From contig OX597836.1 in the NCBI GenBank assembly GCA_951406725.2, positions 32,736,001 through 32,800,000 of the forward strand: a stretch of DNA of 64,000 nucleotides, read 5' to 3'. The notes under the pieces were generated by a model. That model did no database searches. It saw only the letters and a list, made by a program, of their open reading frames with translations, and was not told the origin of the DNA. Shown here piece after piece: positions 26,663-40,889 of this stretch. A program made the position numbers and the translations under genes. Position 1 is the first letter of the stretch; each line of letters begins with the position of its first letter. This DNA is from Octopus vulgaris. Its lineage: Eukaryota.

Positions 26663-27767
26663 ACCTGTTATTTTTTTTATCTATCTTTGATTGTATTATT
26701 TACATAGACATATATATATATATATCATCAGTTACTGATTACTGGTTACTATTTCATGCAGTTTGAGTGACTACGTAGAGCCTTCCTACGTGTACGATAG
26801 TTGTCACTGATTCTGTGCTTCGACTACATGCATAAATCCAGAAGACTTAGGATCCATGATCCTTAATAATCCCATCTCATGCCCACACTCAAAAAATGTA
26901 TTCCTCTTGTTTTATAATAAACAGTGACGCTTGAGGGTCATTATGCCAATGTAATAAACACATGCACTGGTTTGATTCCACTCCTTTATTATAAGTCCAT
27001 TCGTTAAATATCCAACAAACTAATCAATTGTTTGATTTCTTTTGCTTTTGTTTGTCTGACCTGTGGCTAAGCAAAAATATGTTAAACAAAATTGTGGCTG
27101 TGTGGTACCTTGGACAAGTATCTTCTACTCTAACCTTGGGCTGACCAATGCCTTGTGAGTGGATTTGGTTGACAGAAACTGAAAGAATCCCGTCATGTAT
27201 ATATATAAATATACATATATATATTTAAGTGGGTTTGTGTGTTTTTATGTCTGTGTTTGTCCTCCCACCCCACCTCACTGATTGCCAACCAACGTTGGTG
27301 TGTTACATCCCCATAATTCAGCAGTTTGGCAAAGAGACCGATAGAATAAGTACTGCCTTGATTTAATCTCAGTTCCTCTCAGAACATAAAATCTCATATA
27401 TACCATTAGTTGGGTGGTGGGATGGGGGTATAATGCTTCAGCTTTCAGCCCCTTTTATCTTGGTTATTTACTGGGGGTCAATTTGTTCAACTAAAACCCT
27501 TTAAGGTGGTGCTCTAGCATGGCTGCAGCCAAATGACTGAAACAAGTTTAAAAAAAAAAAAAAAAATCAATATGACAAGCAAAGCCAAAACAAATTACAC
27601 AATCAATTAGTTGGATATTTAATCATTTGACTAATAAGAAAGGAGTGGAATTGAACCAGTGCATGTGTTAATAATACTGGCCTAATGACTCTCCGAACAC
27701 AATAAAATTTGTATCAACACACAAATTCACATAAAGAATCTTGCAAACCAGATACAAAAATGAAGTA

Positions 27768-28185
27768 GGCGTAGGAGTGGCTGTGTGGTAAGTAGCTTGC
27801 TTACCAACCACATGGTTCCGGGTTCAGTCCCACTGTGTGGCACCTTGGACAAGTGTCTTCTACTATAGCCTCGGGCCAACCAAAGCCTTGTGAGTGGATT
27901 TGGTAGATGGAAACTGAAAGACGCCCGTCATATATATATATATATGTATGTATGTATGTGTGTATATATTAGTGTGTCTGTGTTTGTCACCCCACCATCG
28001 CTTGACAAACGATGCTGGTTTGTTTACGTCCCCCGTAACTTAGCGGTTCGGCGAAAGAGACTGATAGAATAAGTACCAGGCTTACAAAGAATAAGTCCTG
28101 GGGTCGATTTGCTTGACTAAAAGGCAGTGCTCCAGCATGGCCACAGTCAAATGACTGAAACAACTAAAAGAGTAAAAGAGGGTAA
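27768..28185 (+). mobile_element. Full-length CORE-like tRNA SINE, young copy
   Basis: Close match to 3924-4335 over its whole length. Confidence 0.85.
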
Positions 28186-28510
28186 AGAGTAGGGCTTGGT
28201 TTAAGAGTTATTTGACTGCTTTTTCTAGCAAGTTAAATGACCAACAAAGTAAAGGCTTGTAGATGTTCCCTCAGTTGAATAACTAGCAAGGAGATGTATT
28301 TTATGAACTCTCCCCTTTAACAATTGTATTATGGGTACAGGTATGGTAAGAAGTTTGCTTCCCACCCACATAGTTTCAGGTTCTGTCTCACTGCATGGCA
28401 CCTAGGGTAAATATCTTCAATTATAGCCCTGGGCCAATCAAAACCTTGTGAATGGATATAGTGAAAAGTAAAAGATGCATGCTGTATACACTCACACATA
28501 CACACACACA

Positions 28511-28550
<40 letters not shown>

Positions 28551-29220
28551 TGTGTGTGTGTGTATGTATATGTGTGTGTGTTTGTATTTATATATGTTTA
28601 TATGTTTGTGTTTGTCCTCAATCATTGCTTGACAACTGGTGTTGGTTTGTTTACTGCCCTATAACATAGCAGTTCAGCAAAGGAGACCTATAGAATAAAG
28701 ACCAGACTTTAAAATAACTGAAACAAGTGAAAGATTAAGACAAAGAAAAAAAATGAAAAAAGATATGAATTCTTTTTATTCTCATAATCAAAACAACGAC
28801 CTGGTTTAAAAGATACTTGGCTGCAATTTCTAGCAGATCGTGTGACCAACAAAATGAAGCCTCGTAGAGGTTCCCTTGGTTGTATAATTAAGCCTGGAAG
28901 GAGGTGTGTTACTCTGAATTCTTCCCTGTCACATTCTCACCACGAATTTATGAGGTCAGTATTTCCTGCCTGCCTTGATTTAATCTCAGTTCCTCTCAGA
29001 ACATAAAATCTCAAATATACCATTAGTTGGGTGACGGGATGGGGGTATAATGCTTCAGCTTTCAGCCCTTTTATCTTGGTTATTTAATTTTTCTGCCTTC
29101 CTTCATCTAAGATTTGACCATTTATAGTTGCCCTAATTAAATGACAAAGATGCCAGTGGTGGTAGGGGTGGTTTTGCGAAGGAGAGATGAATAGGCACAG
29201 CATGTTGCTGTGTGGTAAGA

Positions 29221-29452
29221 AGGCGGCGAGCTGGCAGAAATGTTAGCACGCTGGGTGAAATGTGTAGCCATATTTCATCTGCCGCTACGTTGTGAGTTCA
29301 AATTCCGCTGAGGTCGACTTTGCCTTTCATCCTTTCGGGGTTGATAAATTAAGTACCAGTTACGCACTGGGATCGATGTAATCGACTTAATACCTTTGTC
29401 TATCCTTGTTTGTCCCCTCTATGTTTAGCCCCTTGTGGGCAAAAAAGAAATA
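29221..29452 (+). mobile_element. Nin/Deu-domain-like SINE nested in the head of a CORE-like SINE
   Basis: Contains gcctttcatcctttcggggttgataaattaagtaccag (Deu/Nin-like). Host resumes after a taagaag duplication. Related copies at 12395-12622 (-), 39470-39705 (-), 56168-56385 and 60596-60820. Confidence 0.75.
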
Positions 29453-30474
29453 AGAAGCTTGCTTCTACTTAACCATGTGATCTTGGGTTCAGTCCCACTG
29501 CATGGCACCTTGGGAAGGACTAACCAAAGCCTTGTGAGTTGATTTGGCATATAGAAACTGAAAGAAGCCCATCATGTAGGAGCATTTATGACGGTGTGGT
29601 AAGAAGCTTGCTTCTCAACCACATGGTTCCAGGTTCAATCCCACTGCATGGCACTTTGGGCAAGTGTCTTCTACTATAGCCTCAGGTTGACCAAAGTCTT
29701 GTGAGTGGATTTAGTAGACGGAGACTGAAAGAAGCCCATCGTATATATGTGTGTGTGTGTGTATGTTTGTGTGTCTGTGTTTGTCCCCCCAACATCGCTT
29801 GACAACCAATGCTAGTGTGTTTATGTCCCCGTAACTTAGTGGTTCAGCAAAAGAGGCCAATAGAATAAGTACTAGGCTTACAAAGAATAAGTTCTGGGGT
29901 TGATTTGTTTGACTAAAGGCAGTGCTCCAGCATGGCTGCAGTCAAATGGCTGAAGCAAGAAAAAGAACAAAAGAATAAAGGTCAACTTGTACACCGATAG
30001 AATAAGTACTAGGCTTACAAAAAACTAAGTCCTGTGGTTGGTTTGTTCAGCTAAAGGCTGTGCTCCAGCATGAAATAAAAATAAAAATAAAAATAAAGAG
30101 AATAAAAGAATAAAAAAAATTTAAATTTAAAAAAGAATAAAAGAATACTTGACTGTTCTGGTAGAACCATGTGGTTGAGTACTCCAGAGAAACATGTATC
30201 CTTAACGTAGTTCTCCGGGAAATTCAGCATGATACAAAATATGACAATGCCAGCCCTTTGAATTTGAGGCACAGGTTATTTTTGCCAGATGAGTGAACAG
30301 GAGCAACATGAAATAAAGAGTCTTGCTCAAAGACACAATACATCACTAGGAATCGAACTCATGATTATAAGATTGTGAGCTGAATACTCTAACCACTAAG
30401 CCATACACACCTTCATAAACTGACAAATCTTTGTTGAAACTGATGGAGGTGGGACCCATACAACTGAACTAGAA

Positions 30475-30519
<45 letters not shown>

Positions 30520-31431
30520 CAGCCCTTCCTCTTTTATTCCATTTCTGACAAAAGTCTGGCATCATTAGGTGCAAGATGAAAATATTAGCTGACATACTTG
30601 GCTGTTCTGGTTGAACCATGTGGTTGAGCACTCCACAGTCACATGTACTCTTAGCATGGTTCTCAGGGAAAATTCAGCATGATACAAAATGGGACAAAGC
30701 AGACCCTTTGAATTACAAGTACAGTAATACCTCACTTTACAAGACCCCGGGTTTACAAGTTTTATTTTATAAAGCACAAGATCTAAATTTTGAATGAAAT
30801 GTAAGTTTCTACAACCATAACAAATACTTCTGCATGTTACCAAGAAATTTATAGAGAGCGACAAAAAGCATCTAAGCAAACAACTCTAGACTTTATCATC
30901 ATCATCATCATCATCATCATTTAACATCTGTTTTCCAAGCTGGCATGGTTGGACTGTTTGACTGAGCACTGGCAAGCCAGTAAGCTGCACCAGGCTCCAA
31001 TCTGATCTGACAAGGTTTCTACTGCTGGATGCCCTTCCTAATGCCCACCACTCCAAGAGTGTAGAGGGTGCGTTTTATGTGCCACCAGCACAGGGACCAG
31101 TCAGGCAGCACTGGTAACAACCATGTTTGAATGGTGCTTTTTACATGCCACCGGCACAGGTGCCAGTCAGGCAGTACTGTCATCAGCCATGACAACGATT
31201 TCATTTGACTCAACAGGTCTTCTCAAGCACAGCATATTGCCCGACGATTGAAGGGTACTCTTAAATGGGCTGGTTATGTGACACTGGCATAGGCTTGGTT
31301 TTTAAAAAGAAATCTAAAACTCTGTCTATGAGTGCTTGTGAATCAGCGATTGTGTCTACAAGTGATGGTGTGCATGAATTTAATGTGAGTGAAAGTTTTG
31401 CAGAAAATGATTGTGATAATAATATTTTTTA

Positions 31432-31774
31432 TCTCTCTATATATAAGCGACAAAATGTCTGTGTGTGTGTCCTTTATACAAATCCACAGTTTTTCAGTTA
31501 GAGGGCTCGCACTTTCTATGGTCATTCAAAACCATCCAAGGGTGGTCGTGCACATCTTTACATTTCCCCAGTCACCCAGCAAATCCATTAAAAAATCAAT
31601 AGAAGTGACTTTTTTTTGTGAATTTTCTATCCAAAACCCAATCAAAATGCCCGAAACTTGATACGCCAATTGAATGCCAGGTAGCTGTATGTGATTGGTC
31701 GGAGATTTGGACAGTACTCGCGTGTATGTGCGCACGCACACAGCTGTATATGCATGCACTAGCACTAGTTCTAG
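31432..31774 (+). mobile_element. Putative non-autonomous Helitron nested in a Tigger/pogo-like element (30722-31995)
   Basis: A|TC start (atctctctatatataagcg...tgtctgtgtgtgtgtcc) and CTAG|T end. Host begins tacagtaatacctcactttacaag. Confidence 0.45.
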
Positions 31775-32185
31775 TTATAAATAATCTTGACATTATTTTT
31801 AATTTACACAGAATATTCTTTACATTCTACTATTGTTTTATTGCCATTTATTTACAGAGTATTATAAATTTTATAGGTAAGATATTTTTCTGGGAATGAA
31901 TTACGATTTATAACATTGCTACTATGGGAAATTATTGCTCTGCTTTATGAGTTTTCCCTTTACAAGCGGTCTCCGGGAACAAATTAACTCGTGTATCATA
32001 CTACATAATTTTTGCCAGCTAAGTGGAAATAAAGCATGTTGCTCAAAGACAAAAAGCACTGCCAGGTATTGAACTCACAACCTAACAACCGTGAGCTAAA
32101 TACACTAACCGCTAAGCCACGTGCCTTCATTAACTGACAAATCATTGTTGAAGCTGAGTGGGTAGGCATACAATCCAAACCAGAA

Positions 32186-32216
<31 letters not shown>

Positions 32217-32479
32217 GTCCCTCCTCGTTTATTCCGCTTCTGACAAAAGTCTGGCATCGTTAGGTGCAAGACAAAAAAAGTTAGCTGACATACTTGGCTG
32301 TTCTGGTATTACTGTTGATGTTTGGCGATGCTGTCATCAACAGAGTGTTTGCCCTTTTCTAAAATAAGCATCAAGAAATGTTAATAAATACCAACGTTTG
32401 CTTTTTTGGTTTGTCTGAAAGGGCACTTGGTATATAAAATATCATTCTGTTGATCGAAATGTAATCTGTTGTTGTCGTT

Positions 32480-33980
32480 GTGATGGCGGCGGTAGCGATG
32501 GTGGTAGTGGTGGTGGTGGTAGTGGTGGTGGTGGTGGTGGTGGTGGTTGCAGTGATGGTAGAGGTGGTGGTGGTGCTCGTTATGGTGGTGGAGTTGATTG
32601 TGGTGGTTGTGGTGGCAGTTGTTGTGGTTGTGGTTGTGGTGGCAGTGGTGGTGGTGGCGTTGTGATGGTGGTGATGCTAATGGTAATGGTGGTAGTGGTG
32701 TTTGTTGTGGTTGCGGTGGTGGTGATGGTGATGGTGGTGGTGGTGGTTGTGGTTGTGGCAGTGGTGGTGGTTGTGGTAGTGGTAGAGTTGACAGTGGTGG
32801 TGGTGATTGTGGTGGTTGTGGTGGCAGTTGTTGTGGTTGTGGTTGTGACAGTGGTGGTGGTGATTGTGGTGGTTGTGGTGGCAGTTGTTGTGGTTGTGGT
32901 TGCGGTGGTGGTGATGCTGGTGGTGGTGATGGTGGTGGTGATGGTGGTGGTGTGGTGGTGGTGGCAGCACTGGTGGTGCTTGCATTCGTGGTAAGGGCAG
33001 GATTGATTAGTGTTGTTGCTGAAGTGGTGCTGGTGATGGTGCTGTTGGTAGTGGTTGTAGTGGTTGTGGTAGTGCTGGTGGAGGTGTTGCTATTGCTGTT
33101 GCTGCTGGTAATGGTGGTGCTGGTGATAGTGGTGATTGTAGTAGTGGTAATGCAAGTGGTAGTGGTGATGGTGATGCTGCTGGTAGCTATAGTAGTATAG
33201 TACTAGTGGAAGTGGTGAAGCTTGTGTAGTAATGGTTGTAGCGATACATTTTGTTTTTGTTAAGTGTTGTTGTTGCTGTCAGTAGTGGTAGTAGTGGTGG
33301 TGGTGGTAGTGGTGGTGGTAGTGGTGGTGGTGGTAGTGGTGGTGGTGGTGGTAGTCATAGAGGTGATGCTAGAGATCATAGTAACAGTAGTAGTGATGAG
33401 TATTGTTGTTATGGTGGCGGTGGTAGTGGTAGTAGTGGTGGCGTTGGTGGTAGTAGTGATGGTGGTGGTGGTGGTGGTAGTGATGAGTGTTGTTGATGTG
33501 ATGGCGGTAGTATTTGTGGTGGTAATCGTGATGGCAGCAGTGGAGGTGGTAGTGGTGAGTGTTGTTACTGTTTTTGGTGCTACTGTTGGTATTAGTGGCT
33601 CTGGCAGTAGTGAATGACCAACGACTATTGTTGTTGTTGTTGTGATGCTAATTGTGGTAGTGGTGGTAGTGGTGGTAGTGGTGGTGGCGGTGGGGGAGGT
33701 GATGATAATGATAATAGTAGTGATACCATTTTGCCTTCCACCAATACCACTGCCATTACATCAACAACACTCATCACTACCACCACCACAACATCAACAC
33801 TGATAGCTACTACCTCATACACCACCACTACCACCACCACCACCACTGCCGCTGCTGCCACCACTACCACCACAACTACAACATTGGTAATACCAGCAGG
33901 TGATATTTATTAGTAGCGCCCCCCCACCCTCTCACTGGGTAAAATAATGATGATGGTGGAGGTGGTGGTGGTGATGGCTA
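32480..33980. repeat. Compound (GGT/GTT/GTA)n low-complexity tract with a strand switch near 33720
   Basis: Directly visible trinucleotide repeats. Confidence 0.9.
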
Positions 33981-34199
33981 TAATATATCAGAAGTGGTGG
34001 GGGAGTCTTATAGCCACAGAGGTGGTGAGGAGGGTGGATGGGTGGAGAAAGCTCCCAGAGGGGTTAGGGTTCGGGTTCAGGTTAGGGTGAGGGCAGCCTC
34101 TAGTGTAGTGGGACTTGGGGGGTCGGTCCTTTTTGTCTATAGCCCTTAATGATGCTACATGACAAACCAGTAAAAACTTTCATGTAAACACTGTCTAAC

Positions 34200-35375
34200 A
34201 TATTGTAGAATACATACATAAACATGTACACAAATGCACACATGTGCATACATACATTCATACAAACATATGTACATACATATACACATGCATACTCCTA
34301 TATACATTACATACATACATGCATATATATATATATATACACACATACATGCACACATACATACATAAATACACACACATACATACATGCATACAAACAT
34401 ATGTCCATACATATACACATGCATATATACATACATACACCTATATACATTACATACATACATGCATATATATATATATATACACACATACATGCACACA
34501 TTCATACATAAATACACACACATACATACATGCATACACACACATATATATATGTGCATATGCATATATGCGTGCGCTCAAATGCATGCATACACATTGA
34601 CATACATATGCATATACATACATACACAAACATATACATAATACTTACATACACACACATACATACATGTGCATACGCATACATGCATGCACACAAACCA
34701 CAAACGCATGCATACACACACATACTCTCACAGATATAGATACACATATACACAAACACTTATAATACATGACACATATGTACATATACACACTCAAATA
34801 TATATATGCACACATACACACATACATACAGACACACACACCCATACACACACGTACACACACATACACTTACATACATATATTCAGACACATACCTACA
34901 CATACAAGCAATCATACATACACTCAGACACGCATCCATACACACACATACACATACAAGCACTTATACATATACATACACACAAATATACACACACAGT
35001 CCTACACAACATGCAAAAACACACACACATACGTGCACACATACACACGCCCACACACACAAGAACTCAGAGAAAACTTGTTTATATATGCCCCTACCAC
35101 CTTAAAACACACACGCACACTTCTACAGACACACATTCACATTCACGTTTACCCCCATACATTCACACACACACATTCATGTTTACCCCCACACATTCAC
35201 ACACACACATTCATGTTTACCCCCACACATTCACACACTCACACACACACATACACATACATTACCATACATATTCACACACACATTCACACATACACAC
35301 AAATTTACTCACACACACATATACATACATAAACACACATATGCATACATAAACACATACATACACATACATAAA
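34200..35375. repeat. Degenerate (CA/TA)n satellite with internal ~125-bp and ~33-bp duplications
   Basis: Repeated tatacattacatacatacatgcat... and cattcatgtttacccccacacattcac blocks. Confidence 0.85.
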
Positions 35376-35573
35376 CATTCTTTTACTCTTTTACTTGTTT
35401 CAGTCATTTGACTGTGGCCATGCTTGAGCACCACCTTTAGTCGAACAAATCGACTCCAAGATTTATTCTTTGTAAGCCTGGTACTTATTCTATCAGTCTC
35501 TTTTGCCAAACTGCTAAGTTACATCAGTTGTCAAGTGATGGTGGTGGGAGACAAATACAGACACACAAATACA

Positions 35574-35631
<58 letters not shown>

Positions 35632-36669
35632 CATACATATATATATATATGTGTTCCTTCTCAAACCATGCCAGGCTCATAAGGGCCAGTTTCTCGGTTT
35701 CAGTGGCGTAGAAATTCCCCACCTGGATGGGACACTGGTCCGTCGCAGGATTACTCATTTTTGCCAGCTGAGTGGACTGCGGCAACATGAAAATGAAGTG
35801 TTTTGCTCATGAACGCTACGCATCGGCCAGTCCAGGAATCAAAACCACAACCTTACGATCATGAGTTCAACATGCTAACCACTAAGCCATGCGCCTCCAC
35901 ACACACACACACATATATATACACGATGGGCTTCTTTGAGTTTCCCTCTACCAAATCCACTCACAAGGCTTTGGTCAGCCCGAGGCTGTAAGTAGAAAAC
36001 ACTTGCCCAAGGTGTCACGCAGTGGGACTGAACCTAGAACTATGTAGTTGGGAAGCTAGCTTCTTACCACACAGCCACTCCTGCACCCATATACACTCGT
36101 AAACACATATACACACATAACCACACACATAAACTCGCACATACATATACACACACATACTTAAACACAAGCATATATTCATACGCAAAAACACACATAT
36201 AAAATACATAAATACACACACACACACACACACACATTTACCCACACACACATACATAAACACACACACATACACATACACAGATTTCAAATCACATTAA
36301 ATTCCAGGTCACTGGAACCTGTCGCACACCAGCCCTTTTCACATATACATCTGTGATACACCCCTGCTCTGCCGGTCTATGCTGTTCTGACATAAAATTT
36401 GTTAATTATTTAAACTTATGAACATATATACGCATAGACGTATACATTTTTTTTTGCTCTTTTTTGCTACAGTGAAAAATTTTTTGCTTTTAAATTATAC
36501 CTTAAAACCTCTGTCTCTTCTTTTCTCTCTTTCTCTCCCTCTCTCTTTCTCTTTCTCATTCTTGCTCTTTCTCTTTCTCTCACTATCATCTGTCTTTATA
36601 TCTATGTATCTGTCTGTCTGTCTGTCTGTCTTTGTCTACCTGCATACTTAGCTACCTACCTACCAACCA

Positions 36670-36778
<109 letters not shown>

Positions 36779-36945
36779 GCTATCTATGTGTGTGTAAATA
36801 TATAAATATATAAATAAATATATACAGATACACACACGTACAGACACACATACACACACACATATGTATAGCACAGAGTAAATTTGAAGGTGAATGAGCT
36901 TTACACACTACGCTACTATGTATTTAACAGAATATACTGTAACTG

Positions 36946-36982
<37 letters not shown>

Positions 36983-36983
36983 T

Positions 36984-37202
36984 CATGAGGGTGTGCTAAA
37001 AATTTGCTGGCTTTGGGTAAAAGAAAATATAAGAGGATCAGTTAATTATGATTTTATTCAACATAGTCCCCTCTCAGATTCACATGCTTATTGCAGCGGT
37101 CCTTGAGTTTTTCTAAGCCTTGTAAAAGATCTTGGAAGGTTGGGCCTCCAATCAGGCTTTTCACAATACCCCTAACGCCAGGAACTTTTCAGCACATCTT
37201 TG

Positions 37203-37204
<2 letters not shown>
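36984..37204 (+). mobile_element. mariner-like MITE
   Basis: Degenerate TIRs gagggtgtgctaaaaatttgctggc / gccaggaacttttcagcacatctt, inserted in TA-rich repeats. Confidence 0.6.
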
Positions 37205-37240
<36 letters not shown>

Positions 37241-38769
37241 TGGCTCATAAGGGCCAGTTTCCGGTTTCATTGGTGTATAGCTTCCTCACCTGAATGGGAC
37301 ACCATTCCATTGCAGGTGAGCTGCTAGATGCAGGAGGAAGAAGTGAGAGAAAGTTGCGGCAAAAGAATGAGCAGAAGTTCACCATTACCTTCTGCTGGAG
37401 CCGCATAGAGCTTAAGTGTTTCACTCATAAACACACACATTGGCCAGTCCAAGATTCAAACCCACAATCCCTCGACTGCGAGTTCGCTGTTCTAACCACT
37501 AGGGCATGTGCCTCCACTTTATATTATATATATATATATATATTATGGACTTCTTTAAGTTACCATTTACCATATCCACTTGCAAGGTTTTGGTTGGCCC
37601 AAGACATTTTCCCAAGGTACCACATAGTGGGGGATGAACCCAGAACAATGTGGTTCAGAAGCCAACTTCTTATCACACAACCATACCTGTGCCTATTCAT
37701 ATGTCATTACCATTATTATTCCATTCACATTTCAGGTGCTTTATGATAATATTAAATCTCTCCTAGTGTTCAAATATTTGGTACTTTATTTTGTCAACCC
37801 CCAGAAAGATAGGGGTAAAGTTTATTTCAAGGGGATTTGAGAACTCAGAATATGAAACAACAGAAAAGACTCTAATATAAATACCACAAGGCATTGATCC
37901 ATCTGAAATGCCAATAATATTGTCTATCCACTCCACCATATAGACAGAGTGATTGAAAGAGAGGAAGAGAGAGAGAGAGACTTAGAGAAGAAGAGAGAGA
38001 AACAGGCACAAAGAGAAAAAGAGCCAAACAGACAGATCATCTGTGAATTGCTAATGGTTGAAATATTGAAATTTCAATTAATTTTTTTTTTTTTCATTTC
38101 ATCTTATTTTATTTCATTTTCATTTATTTATGTTATTTATTTATTGTTTCAAAAATATTCTGTGGAAGAATAAAGATTCCTGTAAAGTGAAAATATTGAT
38201 TAAATTGAACGAATGAGGTCATTTGAAGGTGTAGAAAGTTCCAGCTATTTTCATCCAGCCTAAAACAGTTTCTGTTTGAACAGTTTGAACAACAGATTTC
38301 TATTTGTCAACATTATTTTTTTAGTCTAAACATGTTTTTTTTTTCTTCTTAATTTCCTTCTTTTTTTTATATGTACAATTTTCTTTCTGTATTTTCATTT
38401 TATTTCAATTCTGCTATTTTTAAGTAATTTTATTGTTGTTGCTAGGTGAAACCTAAGATGGAATTTATTCTCTTTTCTTTTAAAAAGTTTCTTTATAATT
38501 TATTTAATACATCCACACCTAAAGAAAAACAAACACAGCTCAGATATACAGTAGTACTAACCAATAGGGTTCTGGACAACCATCTTGGAGGCCAACAATT
38601 CATATCCAATCGATGTCTTTGTTGTTGTTGTTGACCATGGACCCAGCAATGGACTGTCATCTCATTAAGGGGAAGATGTGATCTTGGTCACTTAAATGCC
38701 ATAGAAACCAGGAAACTAGTTGTAGGAAGACTAGGGTTCCCTGGGTTCAGTCCCACTGCATAGCACCTT

Positions 38770-39903
38770 AGAGTGTAGGTGGGAGAATAAGATTAGGCTG
38801 GACAAAGTTCAGAGGCCCTGCTGGCAACAAAGGGCCTCTCCCTCGGAGTAAAAGGCAGACTGTATGATGCCTGTGTGTGAACAGCTATGCTACATGGCAG
38901 TGAAACATGGGTTGTGACAACTGAGGAAAGAAATGAAGCCAGTATGCTTCGCTGGATGTGCACTGTCAGTGTGTATGTTCAACAGAGTGTAACCATCTTG
39001 AGAGAAAAGTTTGGAAAAAGAGGCATCAGATGTGGTGTGCAAGAGAGACAACTGCACTGTGTAAAGAAGTGACAATTTCTAACTGTGGAGGGAACCTGTG
39101 GTAGAGGTAGACCCAGGAAGACATAGGACAAGGTGCTGAAGCATGATCTTCGAACTTTGAGCCTCACAGAGACAATGACTAGTGACCTAGACCTTTGGTG
39201 ATATACTATGCTTGAGAAGACCTGTCAAACCAAGTGAAATTGTAGTCATGGCTATACTGGTGTCATGTTACTGACACCCCTGCTAGTGGCATGTAAAAAG
39301 CACCTTTTGAGTATTAGACCTCATGGAGGCAAAATGGCTGGTGCCAGTGACATGTGAAAAGCTCCTTTCGAGTTTTGGGCCTCAAGGAGACAATGACAGA
39401 GGCATTTAGCATTGTGTCATGCTTGAGAAGAAGACCCATCAAGCCAAGTAAAATTGCAGTTGTGGCAGATACCTATTTCTTTACTAACCACAAGGAGCTA
39501 AACACAGAAAAGACAAACAAGGACAGACAAACGGATTAAGTCGATTACATTGACCCCAGTGCGTAACTGTTACTTACTTTATCAACCCCTGAAAGGATGA
39601 AAGGCAAAGTCGACCTTGGCAGAATTTGAACTCATAACGTAACAACAGATGAAATACTGCTAAGCATTTCACCCTGTGTGCTAACGATTCTGCCAGCTTG
39701 CCGCAGATACCGCTTTCACACAAATGGCACCAGTGTTGTTCACACATAAAAGCAGCTATTATACTCTTGGAGTGGCTGGTGTTCTACATCAAGCTGTAGA
39801 AATCATGCCAAGTCAGACTGGAGTTCTGGCTTGCCAACCCTGGTCAAACCATCCAATCCATGCCAGCACGGACAAAGGATGTTAAATGATGATGATGATG
39901 ATG
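38770..39903 (+). mobile_element. RTE-clade LINE 3' fragment (ORF end plus 3' UTR with (GAT)n tail)
   Basis: KGRLYDACV*TAMLHGSETW...EASMLRWMC...GRGRPRKT motifs typical of RTE. The same 3' UTR occurs as truncated copies at 11229-11520, 12826-13272, 25990-26378 and 30895-31295 (all -), and 42380-42815, 55583-55860 and 61630-62010 (+). Confidence 0.85.
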
Positions 39904-40304
39904 TATATACGTATGTATGTATATATCTGTGTGTCTTTGTGTGTAAGTATGTCCACCATCACAGCTTGATAACTGGTGCTGGTATGTTTATGTCTCAGTA
40001 ACTTAGCAGTGCAGTATAAGAGACTGATAAAATAAGTACCAGGCTTATGAAAAACAAGAAATAAGTACTGAGGTTGATACATTCAACTGAAAATTCTTCA
40101 AAGCAGTGCCCCAGCATGGCCACAGTGAAATGACTCTTTTGCATTTATATATTAACTGTTTAGACCTTAATTATAAAAAAATATGAAACCATTATTCTCT
40201 GCCAATTTAGTTAATTGTAAGATAGAAATTTAGATGTAATAAAATGTTTTAAAAGAAATTTTAAAGTGCCTACGTGATAACTGTAAATTTACTTTTGAGC
40301 CACC

Positions 40305-40331
40305 CTATATATATATATATATATATATATA

Positions 40332-40420
<89 letters not shown>

Positions 40421-40517
40421 TATGTAACTGGAGACTGGAGAGTCTCAGTTATAATCTAGTCTTATTACAGAATATGCTTCATTTGTATGAAGCCCTGTAA
40501 TTTATTGCTTCTAGTGA

Positions 40518-40574
<57 letters not shown>

Positions 40575-40835
40575 TTATTTATATATATATTTATTTATTT
40601 ATATATATATTTATATATATATATATATTTATTTATATATATATTTATCTATATATTTATTTATATATATATTTATTTATTTATATATATATTTATATAT
40701 ATATATATTTATATATATATATTTATATATATATATATTTATTTATATATATATTCATTTATATATATATTTATATATATATATATATATGTATATAAAT
40801 ATATATATAAATAAATATATATATAAATATATATA

Positions 40836-40880
<45 letters not shown>
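40305..40880. repeat. Mostly AT microsatellite block ((TA)n, (GATA)n, TTTA variants)
   Basis: Direct inspection. Confidence 0.9.
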
Positions 40881-40886
<6 letters not shown>

Positions 40887-40889
40887 GTC

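Noticed and set aside
32598-33200. Gly/Cys-rich or His-rich structural-protein-like ORFs
   Set aside because: Derived from (GGT/TGT)n repeats; all frames are low complexity and no signal peptide or exon structure is visible.
34060-34094. TTAGGG-like interstitial telomere repeats
   Set aside because: Only about five degenerate units within a G-rich tract.
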